Positions 7,128-12,371 of a DNA stretch of 12,371 bases are shown in pieces. The number at the start of each line of letters is the position of its first letter. The first letter of the stretch is position 1. The translations under genes were made by a program, and so were the position numbers. The notes under the pieces are model-generated. The model was not told the DNA's origin. It worked only from the letters and a program-made list of their open reading frames with translations, and ran no database searches. Source of the stretch: Oligoflexia bacterium (GTDB lineage Bacteria > Bdellovibrionota > UBA1018); NCBI GenBank assembly GCA_043732485.1, contig JAYTHP010000140.1, positions 1 to 12,371 of the forward strand, in the 5' to 3' direction.

Positions 7128-8660
7128 CTAAAGCTGCGGGGCTTCTTCCTTCGACTGCTCTTCCTTCGACTGCTCTTCCTTCGACTGCACGAAGGCTTCC
7201 TTCAGTAAAAACTCGAGTACCAAGTCATTGAGCATTTCTTGCTCAAAAAAGCGCAACTTGTCAGGATTGTGCTTAAAAAACTGAGCCAGCTCCTCAGTCT
7301 TAAGCTTCATGTGCTCGGCAAACCCCACAAAGCGCTCCACCCAAACTGCTTGATGAATTTTGATACCTTCAAGCCTAGCAATCCTACTTAAAATCAGATC
7401 GCGCTTCACGCAAAAGACCGCCTGCGCAGTAATCTGCTCAGACACCTTGCTGAGCGCCTCTTTGATGACCTCTTGCGATTGACCCTCTAGCCCGCGCTCT
7501 TGTACAAACGACCGGGTTAAAAACACCAGCCATTGTTGCACCAGTGGCATCGGAGGCAGGAAGCTGTAAGGCTCAAGCACTTTCTCCACCGCCTGGCGCT
7601 TAAAGTCTTCATGAGTGCCTTTTGCTAGCTGTCGCGCCAAACCTTCCTTGATCGTTGTCTTATACTCCGCAAGCGAGTCATAGCCACGAGTAGTGGCAAA
7701 AGCCTCATCCACCACCGCAAGTTTCTTTTCCTTAATCTCTAAAACAGCCACGTGAAATTCAATTTGCTTCCCAGCAAGCGCCGCCAAACGCGAAGCACTC
7801 GGTAGCTCCACCGGGAGAAAGAGCCGAAACGTCTTGGTTTCCTGCGTCTTTAAGCCGATCAGCTGCTCATCCCATCCCGGCAACTCCGGGCAGAAGCTAT
7901 CTTGGCCGATTTCCACTTCCTGATGGCGCGTCAGTTCGGGGCAAGCCACTAAATCGCCTCCCGCAGCCACCAGACGAGCAACACCCTCTAGCGCAGCAAA
8001 ATCATCCTTTTGTAAGCCCCGACTCGCTACGTCCACTTCTGCAATCGCCTTAGGCTCAGCGGTCGCCTCATTCACCATCTGGATGAACGCCTCGACTTGT
8101 TCTTCGCTAATCTCGGTCTTTGCGGGACCCTCTAAAACCAGACCACGGTACTCTTCAATCTTCACGAGCGGAAAGTGGCTCACCTGCGCGGTGAAGCTTA
8201 AGTCCTTGTTTTCGGAAAACTCCGCGCGCGGGTGTTGATGAGAGGGGGAGGTAGCGGGGGCGACAAGTTTTTGGGATGCTTCGCCCTTTAACAGCGAAGC
8301 ATCTGAAGCAGCCTCAAGCGCGGCTTGTTGGACGCCTGCTTCTTCCTCACGATTGCACGGGTCGGCCACCGTAGACTGCACAGCCGCTTCACCTAAGATT
8401 TCTAGCTTTTCCTGATGCAAGACTTGCATCACCGCCCCTTGTACTAAGTCATGGTACAGCTGATGCTTGAGGTCTTTTCCATGAAGCCGCATCACGAGCT
8501 CGATGGGCACAAAGCCCCGACGAAAACCTTTGACATTGGCGGTCTCTTGTACCTGCCGCAACGACTGCTGCCATCTTCTTTGCACCTCTTGGGCAGGAAT
8601 CGTAATTTCAAATTGGCGGAGGCAATCGGCAAGGATCTTGGATTCAAACTGTAGGTTCAT
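7128..8660 (-). CDS. tig: Trigger factor (divergent), 510 aa from ATG 8660
   Basis: N-domain with the ribosome-binding signature GFRxGxxP (GFRRGFVP, 8505-8528); FKBP-like LPGWDEQLIGLK...LAGKQIEFHVAVLEIKEKKL; C-domain VKRDLILSRIARLEGIKI. TF-like sequence begins at MNLQFES, 69 codons into the ORF-track call. Confidence 0.88.
   Translation of the reverse strand: MNLQFESKILADCLRQFEITIPAQEVQRRWQQSLRQVQETANVKGFRRGFVPIELVMRLHGKDLKHQLYHDLVQGAVMQVLHQEKLEILGEAAVQSTVADPCNREEEAGVQQAALEAASDASLLKGEASQKLVAPATSPSHQHPRAEFSENKDLSFTAQVSHFPLVKIEEYRGLVLEGPAKTEISEEQVEAFIQMVNEATAEPKAIAEVDVASRGLQKDDFAALEGVARLVAAGGDLVACPELTRHQEVEIGQDSFCPELPGWDEQLIGLKTQETKTFRLFLPVELPSASRLAALAGKQIEFHVAVLEIKEKKLAVVDEAFATTRGYDSLAEYKTTIKEGLARQLAKGTHEDFKRQAVEKVLEPYSFLPPMPLVQQWLVFLTRSFVQERGLEGQSQEVIKEALSKVSEQITAQAVFCVKRDLILSRIARLEGIKIHQAVWVERFVGFAEHMKLKTEELAQFFKHNPDKLRFFEQEMLNDLVLEFLLKEAFVQSKEEQSKEEQSKEEAPQL
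7144..7188. repeat. Three perfect tandem copies of a 15-bp unit (TCTTCCTTCGACTGC), encoding QSKEE x3 at the tig C-terminus
   Basis: Units at 7144-7158, 7159-7173 and 7174-7188. Confidence 0.95.
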
Positions 8661-8669
8661 AGTTCCCTG

Positions 8670-8698
8670 CAATAACCAGTTTTTTCTTAAAATGTCAA
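8670..8698 (-). promoter_or_regulatory. Putative tig promoter
   Basis: Perfect TTGACA on the minus strand (8698-8693), 17-bp A/T-rich spacer, then a weak TTATTG (8675-8670). The -10 match is poor. Confidence 0.4.
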
Positions 8699-9293
8699 TC
8701 GGCAATCCGTCCGTAACGCTAAATGAACGCCGCCGCCGAGGAGGCAACCGTGACAGCGCCTGTCCCCTCTTGAGACCGGTTGCGCGCAAGACTCCCTGAT
8801 TCAGGCCACTCTCCTCCCACCGCAGGGCTTCAGCCCCCCCTCTACCCCACCCGCTTGCAGACCGCAAATACGCAAGAGCACTCTTTTGCTGCGTGCCCGA
8901 GTTTTTCCAAAAATGTGTCTGAACTGAGAGCGTGGGCTGATAGTGATCCGCAGAAGGAGCCTAAGCGCAACTCAGCAAGGCGCCTCTCAGGTGTTGCAAG
9001 CCATCGACCTCACGCTTGCCCCGTAAAACTGGAGCTGCCACCTTGCAAAAAAAGAGACCGCGACGCAAGGAGTCAGGCCCTAGCGCTTGAGTGCTTGCGT
9101 AATTGACGCGCTGCTTATTGTATTTGCCGGTGTATTGGCCACCGACACTTGCCTTGAAAGCTGCGAGTAGGTCAGAGGCACAGCCCATCATGACAGGAGC
9201 GTGCAGCAAGAGGTGCAGCCCATCGACGCATGCTCCTCAAAGCCGCCAGGCGCTTTCACTGGGAAGGAAGGTGACACCGCCCGCCTGAGGCAC

Positions 9294-9350
9294 TCATCGA
9301 TCAAGAAAAACTGCGGTATCAGTGAAGGTATCACTGAGATAGCCTCTCAC
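9294..9350 (-). pseudogene. Truncated N-terminus of a VapC/PIN-like toxin
   Basis: A GTG overlapping the antitoxin stop (GTGA) gives MRGYLSDTFTDTAVFLDR*, similar to the PIN-domain start (YLLDTxVFL). It contains an imperfect ~12-bp internal duplication and stops after 18 aa. Confidence 0.5.
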
Positions 9351-9580
9351 GTAGAGTCCTCAAAGCCCTCAGGTAAGAGTTTAAATCCTCTCTCATCCAA
9401 ATCTTTCCGGCAAAAAGCTCAATAAACTCTGACGAACGGGGGGGGGGTCAACAGGTAACAATTGAACAAGCCGCCTATCCCGAAAAGAGATCATCACCGT
9501 CTCCCCCTTCAAGGCCGCTTGAATCAATTGAGAAAGGTTTTTTTTCGCTTCCCGAACAGCGATTTTTTTACGTCAGCCAT
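9347..9580 (-). pseudogene. Phd/YefM-family (prevent-host-death) type II antitoxin, frameshifted
   Basis: Manual translation gives KKIAVREAKKNLSQLIQAALKGETVMISFRDRRLVQLLPV, then FAGKIWMRED, then FKLLPEGFEDST* in successive frames. This matches the Phd pattern EAKxxLSxLxxxAxxGExVxI...LVP...GKIWxxxDF..LP. Confidence 0.82.
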
Positions 9581-9587
9581 ACTTGGC

Positions 9588-9616
9588 ATGATGGCAAAGA
9601 CACTGACTTTATTCAA
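9588..9616 (-). promoter_or_regulatory. Putative promoter of the TA operon
   Basis: TTGAAT (9616-9611), 17 bp, CATCAT (9593-9588), 7 nt, then ATG 9580; AT-rich region upstream. Confidence 0.45.
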
Positions 9617-9820
9617 TAATATATAGTAGAATTAAGAGCCCTCGGCTAATGAGCATCCCGTCGGTCTAGCCAGCAAGCGAACTAGCGGCAGCGTCCAAGC
9701 TTTTGGGGTAAGTCATTGAAAAACCACCCCAAACTTCCACCTTTTGAGCTCCTCTTTTAGGACAAGCAGCAACCACGCGGCCGGGTTCTCGCCTTCTTAG
9801 CTCACCTGTCGGCTCACCTT

Positions 9821-10609
9821 TTAAGGATACCAGACTTGTTCTAACCACAACCCCCTGGCAGGAGCAGTAGGGCCCACCTGCCTGCGGTCTTGACTCGCTA
9901 AAATCTCAGCAAAAGCCTCCACCCCCCGCCGCCCCTCGCCCACTTGTAACAGCGTTCCCGCAATCCCTCGCACCATTTGCTTTAAAAAGCCTGAACCCCT
10001 GACCGTTAAGCGGATCAAGTAAAACTCACTAAACCCTTGCGGAAAATGGATCTCCTGCCGACTCACCGCACTCTCTTCCAGCAAGCGCACCGTAGAGCCT
10101 GGCTTCGATCCTGCCGCTTGAAACGGCTTAAAATCATGCTCACCCTCCAAGCAAACCACCGCGCTTTGCATCTGCGCCAGATCCAAGGTTTTTTCGATCC
10201 ACCAGCTATAGGCAACCAGATGCGGTAGCGGGGTAGGGCCTTGCTGAAAATAGTAGCTATATTGCTTTTTCAAGGCACTGCGCTGGGCATGAAACTCGAT
10301 CGCCACCCGCTCCAGCTTCCAGACGCGAACGGCTGCCGGCAACACCCCATTCAAACTGCGCAGTAAGAGATCAGGCTGCTTTTCTTTGACCCGCAAGACA
10401 AAGTGAAACACCTGGGCTGCGGCGTGGACCCCGGCGTCCGTTCTCCCACTGCCGACAATCGACGGGGTCTCGCCTAAGACTTGATGACAGGCCCCCTCTA
10501 ATTGCGCCTGTAAACTAGGCTTTAAGGGCAGTAAACCCTGCTCTTTTTGCTTCTGCCAGCCGCAAAAGTCTCGACCCACGTAAGAAACCACGGCTCGGTA
10601 TTTCCACAT
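9821..10609 (-). CDS. truA: tRNA pseudouridine(38-40) synthase TruA
   Basis: YxGxxFCGWQxQ, catalytic GSGRTDAGVHA, FHAQRSALKKQYSY, GEHDFKPF, GSGFLKQMVRGIAGTL, GPTAPARGLWL; typical length (262 aa). Confidence 0.97.
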   Translation of the reverse strand: MWKYRAVVSYVGRDFCGWQKQKEQGLLPLKPSLQAQLEGACHQVLGETPSIVGSGRTDAGVHAAAQVFHFVLRVKEKQPDLLLRSLNGVLPAAVRVWKLERVAIEFHAQRSALKKQYSYYFQQGPTPLPHLVAYSWWIEKTLDLAQMQSAVVCLEGEHDFKPFQAAGSKPGSTVRLLEESAVSRQEIHFPQGFSEFYLIRLTVRGSGFLKQMVRGIAGTLLQVGEGRRGVEAFAEILASQDRRQVGPTAPARGLWLEQVWYP

Positions 10610-11397
10610 TCAACACTTCTCCCGACTCCTGCCCCCCTCCCCCGCCATTGCCTGGTTCTAGCAGCGACCCCCGTAAGCGCTTCAACGCAGACTCCAAGGC
10701 GCGTTGGCGGGCGACGTGCATAGAACCAATAGCGCCGAACTCTGGGAGTAAGCAAGCCCAACCCGCTGCTTTCAGGATTTTTTAGAAGAAAAAGACGTGC
10801 GCCAGACGCCCCGGCGATCACTAGTCAGGATCGCCGCCGGAAGTGGAAGCAGCGGGGGTCCATAGGGGCCAAAAATAGCGGGATAACGGGGGACCAGGGA
10901 CCACCTCAGGCGGCCCTCTGGAATACTTGATTCATTTACGCAGCTTCTGCAGGGCTCTGAGAGGCTGGATGTCGGTGGATACGGCTGAGCTCAAAGAAGC
11001 CAGTGAGTGAAGGACGCAGTTGATGGGCGTAGACTTGATCGGAATCTGATCGTGCCGTAATGTCGAGCATGCTCACTCTGCTGAAAGAAAATGTGCAGCT
11101 CCACTGAGACGACCACTCTGAGTAACGTAAAATGTGCCGTCACTTACCACCCGTCACCTCCCACCTTTGGTGTTTCCTCTTACTGCAACAAGGGGAACTG
11201 CTAGGGTAGTCAACACCCATCCCCACCCCACCGGCCTAGTTTTACGTTCCCAAGAGATCCTCTCAGCTAAGCGTGGATCTTCTCCTCTGCCACCGAAACC
11301 CCTTGAGCGCCAGCGGCATCCTTGCTGCGACCTGCGAGCGCCGTCTCCTTGCTGGCCCAAGTTGTTGCGCTTGGGTCCTGAGGTCCAGGTTCGTTCT

Positions 11398-11422
11398 CCC
11401 GCTCAGCCTCTTGCTGAGCGGG
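11398..11422. other. Perfect 10-bp GC-rich stem-loop CCCGCTCAGC-CTCTT-GCTGAGCGGG
   Basis: Read directly. There is no U-tract on either side, so it is not a convincing intrinsic terminator; function unknown. Confidence 0.6.
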
Positions 11423-11864
11423 GCTAGTATCGAGCGTTAGAGCTATGCCTCACAAGCGCACAGCAAAGGTGATTCGCATTTCCTGGATCGCTTCGGCAGC
11501 AGCGGCGGACTGGAACACAACGGGCGCCCCCCTTATCGTGCGGGTGCGGCCTCCCCTGAGAGCCCCTGGCGGCTTTAGAGCCGGATCAGATCGCCGGAGA
11601 GGACGCATCGCGAGGCTCAAGCACTGGAAGAGGCTCTTCTCTGCTTCTGCCTAGGGGGCGGTTTTTTGTAAGTATCTCCCCTAATTTTAAAGAGGTAATA
11701 GGAAGGTTCTTACTTTTAGGCGGAGATTGACCTGGTCCCAGCTTCCTGATTCCCGGGCTTTGTAAATCGTTTTCTAGCTGAGAGCGGCTATGAAGCCAGG
11801 AGGAGAGAGAGCTAAGCATGCGAGAGTTCCCTAGCCCCAGGAGACCGCATCGTTGCGCAACAAT

Positions 11865-11891
11865 GAACACGGCGAACCCGGCGAACTCGGC
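11865..11891. repeat. Three tandem 9-bp units GAACNCGGC
   Basis: GAACACGGC, GAACCCGGC and GAACTCGGC at 11865, 11874 and 11883. Confidence 0.8.
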
Positions 11892-12371
11892 GCCGTCACC
11901 CTAACTCTTGAAGCAAAAATCGATTTTTTCAGATTATTGCCGATCGGCTCATGAGCGGGGCTTGTTGCTGACCGGTCGGGCGAGCGCACGTCCTGAGTTC
12001 CCGAAAAGAGCCGACTGGAACCTTCGCCTTGGCGCCATGGTCCCGTCTAAACCCCCATAATTGGCCCCCTTCGACCACGCCGTTTCCACGGAAGCTAGCT
12101 CGAGAGCACTGGAGAGCTGTCTTAGGCTTCCTATGCGCTTTAAAAAACGCCTTCAGAAAAAAACGATAGTCTTCCGACTAACACCTCTCTCGTCGTCGCC
12201 CCGCTGTCAAAATCACCCAACCCGCTGCAGGCAGCCTCAAGAGACTGAACAGCTAGCCTCAAAAACTTGACGCAAACTCTTCTTTTCAAACGGCCAGAAA
12301 CAGGAACCTCTAGCCCCGGGGACAGCAGAAAGGAACTCAAGCAGCAGTTCGAGTTGAGGCTTGAGGGTGTT

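Noticed and set aside
8661..8867. 69-codon N-terminal extension of the tig ORF in the ORF track
   Set aside because: Not TF-like; TF similarity starts at ATG 8660, and promoter-like sequence lies within the extension.
8780..9425. Short ORFs 8780-9106, 8961-9209, 9103-9288 and 9201-9425
   Set aside because: No recognisable motifs or convincing RBS; they overlap one another, and 9201-9425 is antisense to the TA remnant.
9702..9733. Inverted repeat TTTGGGGT-N16-ACCCCAAA downstream of truA as a terminator
   Set aside because: The loop is long and there is no clear U-tract on the minus strand; insufficient support.
10515..12340. Short ORFs at 10515-10821, 11134-11427, 11154-11360, 11445-11654, 11586-11870, 12061-12270 and 12140-12340
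   Set aside because: Composition rich in Arg/Pro/Ser/Gly as expected of spurious frames, no family motifs, and mutual overlaps. Small proteins cannot be strictly excluded.

Overview
Bacterial DNA of moderate GC. The left half is gene-dense. It holds a three-gene ABC-2-type transporter operon (133-2750), then a plasmid/chromid-style partition locus: two perfect CGGTCGCC-CC-GGCGACCG palindromes (candidate non-canonical parS), a palindromic operator over a sigma70-like promoter, an N-terminally extended ParA, and a ParB with an intact GERRLRA CTP-binding motif. A convergent gene encodes a membrane-anchored DUF1460/AmiA-like amidase homologue that has no cysteine at all, so it is probably catalytically dead. 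The right half is gene-sparse. It holds a divergent stand-alone trigger factor (true start probably 8660), a frameshifted Phd/YefM antitoxin with a truncated VapC-like toxin start that the ORF track misses (9294-9580, minus strand), an intact truA, and about 1.75 kb of non-coding DNA rich in palindromes and hairpins. The best lead is the self-contained parABS module with its own centromere sequence. It suggests a secondary replicon or an integrated plasmid-derived region carrying degenerate housekeeping-type genes (inference). All family assignments come from reading motifs by eye; no searches were run.
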